The translations under genes and the position numbers were made by a program. This document shows, in pieces, positions 20,643-30,057 of a DNA stretch of 64,000 nt (position 1 is its first letter; every line of letters starts with the position of its first letter). The stretch comes from an uncultured Alphaproteobacteria bacterium. Lineage in GTDB: Bacteria; Pseudomonadota; Alphaproteobacteria; Rhizobiales; Xanthobacteraceae. The notes below the pieces were generated by a model that made no database searches, was not told where the DNA came from, and saw nothing but the letters and a program-made list of their open reading frames with translations. The DNA lies in NCBI GenBank assembly GCA_963746065.1, contig CAVUZP010000001.1, positions 1,453,564-1,517,563 of the forward strand, read 5' to 3'.

Positions 20643-21326
20643 TTGATTGCAAGAGCGCCAGCAAGACGTCGGCCGCGAATCGTCGTATCGGACGGAACGC
20701 TGACGGATCGCGCCTATCGCGAACTCGAGGAGATGATCGTCACCCTGCAGCTGGCGCCGGGAACGGTGCTGTCGGAACAGGCTCTCGCCGTTCGCCTCAA
20801 GATCGGCCGAACTCCGATTCGCGAGGCGCTGCAGCGGCTCGCCCGGGACGGGCTGGTGGTGATCATGCCGAGGCGCGGCATCATGGTCTCCGAGATCAAT
20901 CTGCGGCTGCAGCTGCGGCTGCTCGAGGTGCGGCGCGAGCTGGAGCGACTGATGGCGAAGCTCGCGGCCGAACGAGCCTCACCCGAGGAGCGCCGGGAAT
21001 TCGCCGAGGTCGCGCAGGCCATGCTCGCGGCCGCCGCCAAGTCCGACGACATCGCGTTCATGCGCCTCGACCAGCGCTTCAACGTCCTGATCGCGACCGC
21101 CGCCCGAAACGAGTTCGCACGGCGCTCGATCGGGTTGATGAACGCCCTGTCGCGCCGGTTCTGGTATCAGCACTACCAGGAGGTCGCCGACCTGCCGCTT
21201 GCCGCCAAGCTGCACGCCGCGGTCGCGCAGGCGGTCTCGCTGCGCAAGGTTCAGGCGGCTGCAAGTGCGTCGGACCGGCTGATCGACTACATCGAGGATT
21301 TCGCCCGCAAGACGCTCGATAGCTGA
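20643..21326 (+). CDS. GntR/FCD-family regulator
   Basis: LTDRAYRELEEMIVTLQLAPG and GRTPIREALQRL winged HTH; FCD-like C-terminus. Confidence 0.9.
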   Translation: MIARAPARRRPRIVVSDGTLTDRAYRELEEMIVTLQLAPGTVLSEQALAVRLKIGRTPIREALQRLARDGLVVIMPRRGIMVSEINLRLQLRLLEVRRELERLMAKLAAERASPEERREFAEVAQAMLAAAAKSDDIAFMRLDQRFNVLIATAARNEFARRSIGLMNALSRRFWYQHYQEVADLPLAAKLHAAVAQAVSLRKVQAAASASDRLIDYIEDFARKTLDS

Positions 21327-21345
21327 CCTGCCGGGCGGCTGACCT

Positions 21346-21654
21346 TCAGGCTGCCGTTCTGCCGGAAAGCACGGCCAGGGCCCGATCGATGTCGGCCGAG
21401 TTCATCTCCCATTCGTTGCCGAAATTGGCCACCACCGACCGCATGAAGGGCTCGACCGACGCCAGCGCGGCGGCGTCGTCGCCGAGATGGTCGGCAAGCA
21501 GTGCCAGCGCAAGCTGGCGCGGCTCCGGACCTTCATAGCTCCACTCGAAACCATTCGGGCTGAACTCTTTCACCCGCAGCCGGGGATCGAGCGGCTCGCC
21601 GTCGACGGTCACCTTGACGCCGTCGATGGTTCGGTCTCCCAGATATTGTTTCAT
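21346..21654 (-). CDS. Small conserved-looking hypothetical protein (DUF6166-like)
   Basis: GFEWSYEGPEPRQLALALLADHLGD motif; RBS GGAGGG; GC-rich third codon positions. Family name from recollection. Confidence 0.6.
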   Translation of the reverse strand: MKQYLGDRTIDGVKVTVDGEPLDPRLRVKEFSPNGFEWSYEGPEPRQLALALLADHLGDDAAALASVEPFMRSVVANFGNEWEMNSADIDRALAVLSGRTAA

Positions 21655-21799
21655 GCGGCCCTCCGGTCGTTGCCACGCCCGCCCCGAACGGCGCAGCCCT
21701 GTCCCAACCATATCCGGCCCGAGAACATCATGCTTCCCCTATTTCGCGCGCCACACCGGGCGGGCAAGGAAAAGCCGGATTGCGCGCCTAATAGATCGG

Positions 21800-21809
21800 T
21801 GATATATCA
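21800..21809. promoter_or_regulatory. Candidate GntR operator TGATATATCA
   Basis: Perfect palindrome in a divergent promoter; near-copy AGATATATGA at 20561 upstream of the gntR gene. Confidence 0.55.
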
Positions 21810-21836
21810 GACGATACCGCTACGGAGGGCGATCGG

Positions 21837-22640
21837 ATGGAACTGGCATCGAGCCGGATGACGGATCGGCAGCGCGGCTACCGGGCGACGTACCGGCACC
21901 GCATCGCCGGCTGGTACAATGGCTGGCTCCACGTTGTCGTCATCTATGTCATCGGTTTCACCGCCTTGTCGGTCTATTTCGGCAACATCAGCGACCTGCG
22001 CTGGTGGGAACTCGGCATCGTGCCGGTGACCTTCCTGTTCGCCAATTTCTTCGAATGGTGGATCCACCGCTACGTCATGCACCGGCCGTCGCAGATCAAG
22101 GCATTCCGCGCCATCTACAACCGGCATACGCTGATGCATCACCAGTTCTTCACCGAGCGCGAGATGCGTTTTGCCGACCACAATGACTGGCGTGTCACGT
22201 TCTTCCCACCCTATGCGCTGGTGACCTTCACCATGATGTCGATCGTTCCGGCGCTTGCGCTCGGCTGGCTGGTCTCGGCCAATGTCGGCTGGCTCCTGAT
22301 CTCGACGACGACCGCGATGTACCTGATCTACGAATTCATGCACTTCTGCTGTCATGTCGATGACAACTGGTTCGTGCGCAACGCCCCGTTCGTCAATACG
22401 CTGCGTCGCCATCACACGGCACATCACGATCAGTCGATCATGATGGAGCGCAACATGAACCTGACCTTCCCGGTGATGGATTGGCTGTTCGGTACCTCGG
22501 ACCTCGATCGCGGGCTGATCGGTCATCTGCTGAACGGCTATGACACGAGATTCGTGAAGACGGACATGCGCAAGACCTCGCGCACGCCGATGCCGCAAAT
22601 GGCGCGGCCGGCGGCAGGATTCACCTCGCCGGCCGAGTAG
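21837..22640 (+). CDS. Fatty-acid hydroxylase/sterol desaturase family di-iron membrane enzyme
   Basis: Histidine boxes EWWIHRYVMH, HTLMHH, YEFMHFCCH and HHTAHH with TM segments. Confidence 0.85.
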   Translation: MELASSRMTDRQRGYRATYRHRIAGWYNGWLHVVVIYVIGFTALSVYFGNISDLRWWELGIVPVTFLFANFFEWWIHRYVMHRPSQIKAFRAIYNRHTLMHHQFFTEREMRFADHNDWRVTFFPPYALVTFTMMSIVPALALGWLVSANVGWLLISTTTAMYLIYEFMHFCCHVDDNWFVRNAPFVNTLRRHHTAHHDQSIMMERNMNLTFPVMDWLFGTSDLDRGLIGHLLNGYDTRFVKTDMRKTSRTPMPQMARPAAGFTSPAE

Positions 22641-22671
22641 GCGGCCACGCGGACCAGTTCCGGAAATCGCC

Positions 22672-23061
22672 ATGCAGACCATCGAACCGAACCTGACCTC
22701 CCTGCTCTGGTTTGCCGCCCTCGCGACGGTCGCCATGCTGGCCCTGCTGATCGTGGCGGGAACGTTTCCGTTTCGCCCCCCGCCGGACGCTACGCGATCC
22801 GACGCAACGCCGCTGCTGGTTGCCGGCAATGCCGTGCTGCTCGCCGCGCTTCTGGTCGGTACGGGAATCTACGGATATGCCGAGCTCAGGCTCAGTACCC
22901 TGATCATCGTCGCCGGTCTGGCAGTGCTGTTTGCGCCGGCCCTGTTCGAGATCTGGCCATCGTTCCTGCGTGACGGACCGGCTGCGCTTGGCGTTCTGGT
23001 CGGCGTGCAACTGCTTGCGCTCGCCAGGGTCGCCGGGTTCGGCTGGTCAAACCTGTCGTGA
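22672..23061 (+). CDS. Hypothetical membrane protein (about 4 TM)
   Basis: 129-aa hydrophobic ORF co-oriented with the hydroxylase gene. Confidence 0.65.
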   Translation: MQTIEPNLTSLLWFAALATVAMLALLIVAGTFPFRPPPDATRSDATPLLVAGNAVLLAALLVGTGIYGYAELRLSTLIIVAGLAVLFAPALFEIWPSFLRDGPAALGVLVGVQLLALARVAGFGWSNLS

Positions 23062-23079
23062 TGGTCGGGAGCTGACGCG

Positions 23080-23289
23080 ATGCCGTTCAGGATCAAGCTC
23101 GGCCTGTCACTGCTGGTCGTTCTGGTAACGGCCCTCGCCGTCTGGCACCAGCATGTGCTGGGTCATGGAAACATCCAGTATGTGGTCGCCTTTCTCGGAT
23201 GTTTCATGATTTTCGCGATGTGGTTGTTTCCCGAGGTCAAGCGTGACGCCCCTGGCGGGGCGGCTCGCCGCGAAACCCGGCCGCGGTAA
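23080..23289 (+). CDS. Small hypothetical membrane protein (2 TM)
   Basis: 69 aa, RBS GGGAG, two hydrophobic stretches ending MWLFPE. Confidence 0.55.
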   Translation: MPFRIKLGLSLLVVLVTALAVWHQHVLGHGNIQYVVAFLGCFMIFAMWLFPEVKRDAPGGAARRETRPR

Positions 23290-23429
23290 TGCCTGCTCCC
23301 TCTCGCCCGCCAGGCCGACGAGACTGAATAGCAGGCGTGAACCTCGGCAATCAGGCGGCAGGACGCACCAAGTGCACGCGACGGCCATACGCCGGTGCAA
23401 CGGCCCTCCGATGGTTCTCGACCGCAACG

Positions 23430-24479
23430 CTAGGCCGGCGCAAACCCGAAGGCTGCCTCGAAACGCCTGACATAGTGCGGCCAGACCTCGGGATTGACGA
23501 TGCGGGGCGGCCGCTTGCCGTCGAGCGCGTCGAGCATTTGCTCGGCAGCGATCCGGCCCATGTTCTCCCGTGCTTCCCGGGTCACCCCGGCGGTATGCGG
23601 GCTCGCCAGCACGTTGTCGAACTGCAGCAGCGGATGGTCCGGCGGCGGCGGTTCCTTGGCCCAGACGTCCAGCCCGGCGCCGGCGATCCGCCTGCTTCGC
23701 AGGGCATCGGCGAGAGCCGCCTCGTCGTGAATGAAGCCGCGTGCCGTGGTGATGAAATAGGCGTGCGGCTGCATCAGCGCGAACTCGCGCGCGCCGATCA
23801 TGTTGCGGTTGTCCCTGGTCAGCGGGCAAGAGATCGAGACGTAGTCGGATCGTGAAAGCAGCACGTCGAGTTCGACCTTCTCCCCGCCGCGGGCGGCCAT
23901 CTCCGTGGCCGAGAGATACGGGTCGTAGGCCAGTACATTCATGCGCAGCAAACCTTTGCAGAGCTCGGCGATACGGCGGCCGACATTGCCGAGCCCGACG
24001 ATGCCGATGGTCTTGCCTTGCGCCTCGGCGCCGATCAGCGCGTTGCGGTCGACGCCGCGATCGCGGCGCAGCGCGCGGTCGGCCTCGATGATGCGCTTGG
24101 ACAAGGTCAGCAGCATGCCCAGCGCATGCTCGGCGACCGAATGGGCGTTGCCGCCGGACTGGTTGACCACCGCGACGCCGGCCTCGGTGCAGGCATCGAC
24201 ATCGACTGGATCGAAGCCGGCGCCATTGCTGGAGACGATCAGAAGAGCGGGCGCGCGCCGCAACAATTCGCGCCCGACGTGGAAATGCGGCGCGATCTCG
24301 TCGCGCGCCGCACCGATCTGATAGGCATGCGCCGCGGCGATGATCGGGGCGGCGATCTCCTCGGACAATTCGTTCTCCAGCCGGTCGAGACGCACGTCGG
24401 GCCGCGCCTGCAGGATGTCGGCGTAGATCGGGTGTGCCAGATATTTGACGTAGAAGACGCGCTTGTTGTTCACGGACAT
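23430..24479 (-). CDS. D-isomer-specific 2-hydroxyacid dehydrogenase (SerA-like)
   Basis: GAGFD, SVAEH, GLGNVG, TARG, GLDVWAKEPP and SPHTAG. Confidence 0.9.
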   Translation of the reverse strand: MSVNNKRVFYVKYLAHPIYADILQARPDVRLDRLENELSEEIAAPIIAAAHAYQIGAARDEIAPHFHVGRELLRRAPALLIVSSNGAGFDPVDVDACTEAGVAVVNQSGGNAHSVAEHALGMLLTLSKRIIEADRALRRDRGVDRNALIGAEAQGKTIGIVGLGNVGRRIAELCKGLLRMNVLAYDPYLSATEMAARGGEKVELDVLLSRSDYVSISCPLTRDNRNMIGAREFALMQPHAYFITTARGFIHDEAALADALRSRRIAGAGLDVWAKEPPPPDHPLLQFDNVLASPHTAGVTREARENMGRIAAEQMLDALDGKRPPRIVNPEVWPHYVRRFEAAFGFAPA

Positions 24480-24527
24480 CGATCGCTGGCCCTCAGTGCG
24501 GCTGGTACGGCGGGATTCGCATCAAGC

Positions 24528-25496
24528 TCATTCGGCGGCGATGCCGGCGGCCTTGATGATCGGCCCCCATTTCGCATAGTCGGCGCGGATTTTGGCATCG
24601 AATTGCGCGGGCGTGCTGCCGATTGGCGTCGCCCCGAGCTTGACCAGGCGCGCCGTCACCGGCTCGGAATTGAGCGCGGCGACGAAGTCCCGCGAAAGCC
24701 GCGCGATCAGGTCCGCCGGCATGCCGGCAGGCCCGAGCAGGCCCCACCACACCTCGGTATCGTAACCCGGAACGGTCTCCGACATGCTCGGCACGTCAGG
24801 CAGCAACGAGGCCCGCGACGCCGTGGTCACCGCCAAGGCGCGCAGCGTGCCGGCCTGCAATTGCCCAACCAATTCCGGGCCGTTGTTGAACGACATCGGG
24901 ATCTGGCCGCCTAGGAGATCATTGATGGCGGGCGCGCCGCCCTTGTAGGAGATCGGCCTGATATCGATCCCGGCGAGGCTCTTCAGCAGTTCGCCCGCGA
25001 GGTGTGTCGAGGTGCCGGTGCCGGCATGCCCGAAGGACAGGCTGCCCGGCCTGGCCCGCGCCTGCGCGATCATGTCGCCGACCGTCCTGAACGGCGAATC
25101 GCTGCGTACCAGCAAAATGTTCGGCGACTTTGCGAGCAGCGAAATCGGGGTGAAATCGGTGAAGGTGTCATAAGGCAGGGTTGCGTAGAGAAACGGATTG
25201 GTGGCATGCCCGCTCGCCACCACGATCAGGGTGTAGCCATCGGGCTGCGAGGTCGCGAGCGCCTGCGAGGCGATCACGCCGCCGGCGCCGGGCCGGTTCT
25301 CGACCACCACCGATTGACCCCATTGCCGTGACACCACATCGCCCAGCGTGCGCGCCAGGATGTCGACGCCACCGCCGGCCGGATAGGGTACGAAGATATG
25401 CACGGCTCGCGAAGGAAACGGCAACTCCGCGCGCGCTGCGCCTAGTCCGGCCAGCACCGTCAACGCCATCGCAGCCAGACGGAACCAGTGCGCCAT
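24528..25496 (-). CDS. Bug/TctC-family periplasmic binding protein (orphan)
   Basis: VPYPAGGGVDILAR, VENRPGAGG and YKGGAPA; signal peptide. Confidence 0.88.
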   Translation of the reverse strand: MAHWFRLAAMALTVLAGLGAARAELPFPSRAVHIFVPYPAGGGVDILARTLGDVVSRQWGQSVVVENRPGAGGVIASQALATSQPDGYTLIVVASGHATNPFLYATLPYDTFTDFTPISLLAKSPNILLVRSDSPFRTVGDMIAQARARPGSLSFGHAGTGTSTHLAGELLKSLAGIDIRPISYKGGAPAINDLLGGQIPMSFNNGPELVGQLQAGTLRALAVTTASRASLLPDVPSMSETVPGYDTEVWWGLLGPAGMPADLIARLSRDFVAALNSEPVTARLVKLGATPIGSTPAQFDAKIRADYAKWGPIIKAAGIAAE

Positions 25497-25676
25497 ACCA
25501 ACCTTCTTGCCAACCTTCTTGCGCTTTCTGCGCTCCGCGATGGGGACGCAGCCAGAGCCGCCGACCCTGCAACGATTGCTGCATGTTGACAATCCCGGGG
25601 ATCGCGTCAAGTTTCGGTGCGCCCCGCTGCAGCCATGGCGGCAGCGTGCACGATGGCAGCGCAGAGGGAGAAACCG

Positions 25677-26217
25677 ATGGCGGCTGCGGCCGGATTCGCT
25701 TCACCACAAGCATGGCACGAGGTGGTGCTGCAATCGCTCAAGCGCAACGACATTCGGCTGGTGCCATACGTCCCCGACCGCGTGCTCACCGCGCTGATCA
25801 GTGGCCTGCATGCCGACCCCTTCTTCACCACCTTTCCGACCGCGCGCGAGGAAGAGGCGGTCGGCATCGTCTCGGGCGCCTGGATGGGCGGCCTGCGCGG
25901 CGCCGTCCTGATGCAGACCAGCGGCTTCGCGACACTGGCCAATGTGCTGGCGTCGCTGGCCGTGCCCTACCAGATTCCGCTGATCATGGTCGTCTCGGAG
26001 CGGGGAACGCTCGGCGAGTTTAATTACGGCCAGGCGCTGGTCTGCCGCACCATGCGGCCGGTGCTCGAACTCGCTTGCCATGGAGCACCACACCGCGACC
26101 CGGCTCGACGAGCTCAAATTCATCGTCGACCGCTCGATCAAGCAGGCCATCACCACGCAGGCTGCAGTCGCGCTGATCCTGTCGCCACTGCTGACCGGCG
26201 GCAAGGTGGAGAAATGA
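25677..26217 (+). CDS. comD: Sulfopyruvate/phosphonopyruvate decarboxylase-like alpha subunit, frameshift near 26068
   Basis: YVPD, AREEEAVG, LMQTSG, SERG and GQ motifs. After an extra A the native C-terminus SLAMEHH...LLTGGKVEK lies in another frame and ends in an ATGA overlap. Confidence 0.65.
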
Positions 26218-26840
26218 GCGCTGCCATGAACCCGCAGGTCCTCGCCCCCGCCGGCAACACCAAGGTCATGAACCGGTTCGACCTCACCTCGCGGCTCGTC
26301 GCCAGGCTGCACCACGACGAGGCCGTGATCGGCGGCATCGGCAACACCAATTTCGATCTATGGGCCGCCGGCCACCGCCCACAGAACTTCTACATGCTGG
26401 GCAGCATGGGCCTCGCCTTGCCGATCGCGCTGGGCGTCGCGCTGGCGCAGCCGCAGCGCCGCATCTTCGCGCTCGAGGGTGACGGCTCGCTGCTGATGCA
26501 GCTCGGCTGCCTGTCGACGATCGCAACCCTGGCGCCCCAGAACCTCTGCATGATCGTGCTGGACAATGGCATCTACCAGATCACGGGCGCACAGCCGACG
26601 CCGGCTTCGGCGGTTGCCGACATCGTCGCCATTGCAGCCGGCAGTGGCCTCGCCAACAGCGCCTGGGCCGCGGACGAGCAGGATTTCGAGCGGCTGGTCG
26701 AGCAATCGCTCACCTCGTCCGGACCCAGCCTGATCGGAGTACGCATCGACGACCAGCCGGGGACCGCGACCACCCGCCGCGATCCCGTGCAGATCCGGGA
26801 GCGCTTCATGGAAGGGCTGGGCGTGCGGCAGCCGCTGTGA
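26214..26840 (+). CDS. comE: Sulfopyruvate/phosphonopyruvate decarboxylase-like beta subunit (ThDP-binding)
   Basis: NFYMLGSMG, EGDGSLLM, LDNGIYQITGAQPT and IRERF. Confidence 0.65.
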   Translation: MSAAMNPQVLAPAGNTKVMNRFDLTSRLVARLHHDEAVIGGIGNTNFDLWAAGHRPQNFYMLGSMGLALPIALGVALAQPQRRIFALEGDGSLLMQLGCLSTIATLAPQNLCMIVLDNGIYQITGAQPTPASAVADIVAIAAGSGLANSAWAADEQDFERLVEQSLTSSGPSLIGVRIDDQPGTATTRRDPVQIRERFMEGLGVRQPL

Positions 26841-26859
26841 GCGCTGCCGCCTTTCGCCG

Positions 26860-28989
26860 CTACAGCAAACCGGCGCCGCGCGCCCATTTATACTTGGCGC
26901 CGAGCACCGCGACCGGGATTTCGGTCGAATAGGGATAGGCCACGATGCCGTTGTGATAGAGATAGTCGCTCGCCTCCTCGACCTCGATGTCGCCGGCGAG
27001 CGATGCCACGATCGGCTTCTCGATGCCCTTGGCCTTCATCGCGTTCTTGACCTCGACCATGTTCTTCGCAAACACCATCGGCGGCGTCACGATCGTGTGC
27101 CAATAGCCGAGGATCAGGGCGTGGATGCGGGGATCCTCCAGCCCGAGCTTGACGGTGTTGACATAGGTGATCGGCGGCTCGCCGCCCGTGATGTCGATGG
27201 GATTGCCGGCCGCGCCGAAGGGCGGAATGAACTTGCGGAACGCCGCATCGAGATCCGGCGGAATGGCCATCAGTGACAATTTGTTGTCGATGCAGGCATC
27301 CGACAGCAGCACGCCGGAGCCGCCGGCGCCGGTGATGATGACGACGTTCTCGCCCTTCGGGGTCGGCAGGATCGGCACGCCGCGAGCGAATTCCAGCATG
27401 TCGCGCAGCGATCGCGCCCGGATCACGCCGGACTGGTTGAAGACATCCTCGTAGATCTTGTCATTGCCGGCGAGTGCGCCGGTGTGGGAGCTCGCGGCCT
27501 TGGCGCCGGCCGAGGTGCGGCCGGCCTTGAGCACCACGATCGGCTTCTTCTTCGACACCCGCTTGGCCACCTCGGCGAAGGAACGGCCGTCCTTGAGGTC
27601 CTCGCAATGCTGCGCGATGATCTGGGTGTTGTCGTCCTGCTCGAAGAAGGTCAGCAGGTCGTCCTCGTCGATGTCCGACTTGTTGCCGAGGCCGACGATC
27701 GCCGAGACGCCCATCTTGGCGGAACGCGAGAACCCGATGATCGCCATGCCGATGCCGCCGGATTGCGAGGACAGCGCGGCGGAGCCCTTGACATCGTAGG
27801 CGGTGCAGAAGGTCGCGCACAGATTGGCCGGCGTGTAGTAGAAGCCGTAGATGTTCGGGCCCATCAGGCGGATGCCGTATTTCTGTCCGATCGCCTGGAT
27901 TTCCTCCTGTCCCGTGATGTTGCCGGTTTCGGCATAGCCCGACGGAATCAGGATCGCGCCGACCACCTTCTTCTCGCCGCACTCGATCAGGGCCTTGGCA
28001 ACAAGGCTCGCCGGGATCGCGAACACCGCGATGTCGACTTCGCCGGGGATGTCCTTGACCGACCGATAGACCTTCTTGCCCAGGATCTCGTCGGCCTTGG
28101 GGTGGATCGGAAAGATCTCGCCCTTGTAGCCGCCATTGATGAGGTTCTTCATCACGGAGTTGCCGATCTTGCCGCTCTCCGACGACGCGCCGATCACGGC
28201 GACCGCCTTCGGCTTCATGATCCGGTTCATCTGGCGCACGATGTCATCGTGGTTGGGACGCGGACGCGGCGGCTTCGGCGCGAAATCGACCACGATGCGC
28301 ACGTCGGCGGCCGTCGCGTTGGTCGCGGTCGCGAATACCGGGTTGAGATCCATCTCCGCGATCTCCGGAAAATCGGTGATCAGCTTCGAGACGTTGACGA
28401 TGATGTCGGCGATGGCATCGCGGTTGGCCGGTTCGCTGCCGCGTACGCCCTTGAGCATTTCATGGGCCTGGATGCCGTCGAGCATGGACAGCGCGTCCTG
28501 CTTGGTCGCCGGGGCGAGGCGGAAGGTGATGTCCTTGAGGACCTCGACCAGCACGCCGCCCAGCCCGAACGCCACCAGCTTGCCGAACGAGCCGTCGGTC
28601 ACCGCGCCGACAATGACCTCCTGGCCGCCGAGCAGCATCTGCTGGACCTGGATGCCCTCGATCCTGGCGTCGGATTTGTATTTCTTGGCGTTGGCCAGGA
28701 TGGCGGCGTAATTCTTCTCGACATCGGCGGCGGTCTTGACCCCGACCATCACCCCACCGGCCTCGGTCTTGTGCAGGATGTCCGGCGAGACGATCTTCAT
28801 GACCACCGGAAAGCCCGTGTCGCTGGCGATCCTGGCCGCCTCCGCGGCAGATTTGGCCACGCCCTCCTTGGGAACCGGGATGCCATAGGCATCGCAGACC
28901 AGCTTGCCCTCCGGCGCCGTCAGGCTGGTGCGCTTCTCCGCCTTGACCAGATCGAGGATTTTGCGGACGGCATCTTTGGAATTCGACAT
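26860..28989 (-). CDS. ADP-forming acyl-CoA synthetase (ATP-grasp N-terminal, CoA-binding C-terminal)
   Basis: KIVSPDILHKTEAGGV, DLNPV, VIGAS...KIG, GPN, SQSGG, GNKSD, phospho-His SHTGALAG and NPIDITG. Confidence 0.88.
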   Translation of the reverse strand: MSNSKDAVRKILDLVKAEKRTSLTAPEGKLVCDAYGIPVPKEGVAKSAAEAARIASDTGFPVVMKIVSPDILHKTEAGGVMVGVKTAADVEKNYAAILANAKKYKSDARIEGIQVQQMLLGGQEVIVGAVTDGSFGKLVAFGLGGVLVEVLKDITFRLAPATKQDALSMLDGIQAHEMLKGVRGSEPANRDAIADIIVNVSKLITDFPEIAEMDLNPVFATATNATAADVRIVVDFAPKPPRPRPNHDDIVRQMNRIMKPKAVAVIGASSESGKIGNSVMKNLINGGYKGEIFPIHPKADEILGKKVYRSVKDIPGEVDIAVFAIPASLVAKALIECGEKKVVGAILIPSGYAETGNITGQEEIQAIGQKYGIRLMGPNIYGFYYTPANLCATFCTAYDVKGSAALSSQSGGIGMAIIGFSRSAKMGVSAIVGLGNKSDIDEDDLLTFFEQDDNTQIIAQHCEDLKDGRSFAEVAKRVSKKKPIVVLKAGRTSAGAKAASSHTGALAGNDKIYEDVFNQSGVIRARSLRDMLEFARGVPILPTPKGENVVIITGAGGSGVLLSDACIDNKLSLMAIPPDLDAAFRKFIPPFGAAGNPIDITGGEPPITYVNTVKLGLEDPRIHALILGYWHTIVTPPMVFAKNMVEVKNAMKAKGIEKPIVASLAGDIEVEEASDYLYHNGIVAYPYSTEIPVAVLGAKYKWARGAGLL

Positions 28990-29106
28990 GGGCTTCCTCC
29001 TTGGACGTCACTTTTTCTAGGGAACGGCACGCGCACCGGCATGGATGACCGCGGTAGAGGCGATCCTCGCCATGCGGGGTGGCTGCGCGCCGGGGAAGGC
29101 TCGCTA

Positions 29107-29123
29107 TGGCATTTGGTATGCCA
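29107..29123. promoter_or_regulatory. 17-bp palindromic operator, site 1
   Basis: TGGCAT-TTGGT-ATGCCA. Confidence 0.75.
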
Positions 29124-29187
29124 GAAATGAAGTTGTCAAGCTGCCGTACTGCATGGAAGGTGCCGAAAACAGGGGTAATTGACATTC

Positions 29188-29204
29188 TGGCATGTGGTAT
29201 GCCA
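29188..29204. promoter_or_regulatory. 17-bp palindromic operator, site 2
   Basis: TGGCAT-GTGGT-ATGCCA, just downstream of TTGACA at 29179. Confidence 0.75.
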
Positions 29205-29284
29205 AAAATAATCGCTCATTGATCCGACCAGGAACCTCCGACCCGAGGTCCCATGTGCCCGCAGGAATAGAGGCGCCGCACCCC

Positions 29285-29977
29285 ATGGCCGAGGCAGAAA
29301 TTGCAATTGTCCGGATCGCGCCGGAGACGAGCTTCAAGAACAAGGCCTATGAGGCCTTGAAGGAAGCCATTCTCAAGATGGACATCTATTCCACTCCCGA
29401 ACCGGTCATGCTCGACGAGCGTGCCCTGTCGGAGCGGCTCGGCGTCAGCCGTACCCCGATCCGCGAAGCGATCGCGATGCTGGAACAGGATGGTTTCGTC
29501 AAGACCGTGCCACGCCGCGGCATCGTCGTCGTGCGGCGGACCAAGAACGAGATCGTCGACATGATCCGCGCCTGGGCTGCGCTCGAAAGCATGGCCGCCC
29601 GGCTGATCACGACCACCGCGCGCAAGAAGGACATTTCGGCGCTGCGCGATTTCTTCAGGAATTTCGGCAAGGACCGCCTGCCGCAAGACCACATCGAGGA
29701 ATATTCCAAGGCCAACATCGCCTTCCACCAGGCGCTGATCTCGCTCAGCGAGTCGCCGGTGCTGGTCGACATGACCAATGACATCCTGCTGCATGTCCGC
29801 GGCTACCGGCAATTGACCATCGGACGCGCCGACCGCACCGCAACCTCCCTGCCCGAACACTTGGCCATCATCGAAGCCCTGGAAGAACGCGACACCGAGC
29901 TCGCCGAACAGCGGGCGCGCGACCACACCCTTGGCCTTGCCGCCTATGTCGAGGCGCATGGCCAGGAACTGCTCTGA
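29285..29977 (+). CDS. GntR/FCD-family regulator of the oxalate cluster
   Basis: [23 protein letters not shown]; FHQAL and EHLAII FCD motifs; directly upstream of oxc. Confidence 0.9.
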   Translation: MAEAEIAIVRIAPETSFKNKAYEALKEAILKMDIYSTPEPVMLDERALSERLGVSRTPIREAIAMLEQDGFVKTVPRRGIVVVRRTKNEIVDMIRAWAALESMAARLITTTARKKDISALRDFFRNFGKDRLPQDHIEEYSKANIAFHQALISLSESPVLVDMTNDILLHVRGYRQLTIGRADRTATSLPEHLAIIEALEERDTELAEQRARDHTLGLAAYVEAHGQELL

Positions 29978-30057
29978 CAGACCGGAGTTCTTCACGCCGC
30001 ACCGGGGACGGGAACGACAGGCCCGTCCGTGCCAAGAAACGATCAGGAGAAGACAGA

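Noticed and set aside
19712-20664. Short ORFs across the REP mosaic
   Set aside because: They are translations of palindromic repeats (MERSEIRG / GLRCAPSG patterns).
25498-25521. 12-bp tandem duplication CCAACCTTCTTG upstream of the Bug gene
   Set aside because: Two copies only; it duplicates the RBS region and is most simply slippage or assembly noise.
25617-26840. Apparent 407-aa ComD-ComE fusion protein
   Set aside because: It results from a one-base insertion near 26068. The native alpha C-terminus and an ATGA overlap are visible in another frame, and the bridging peptide is off-frame text.
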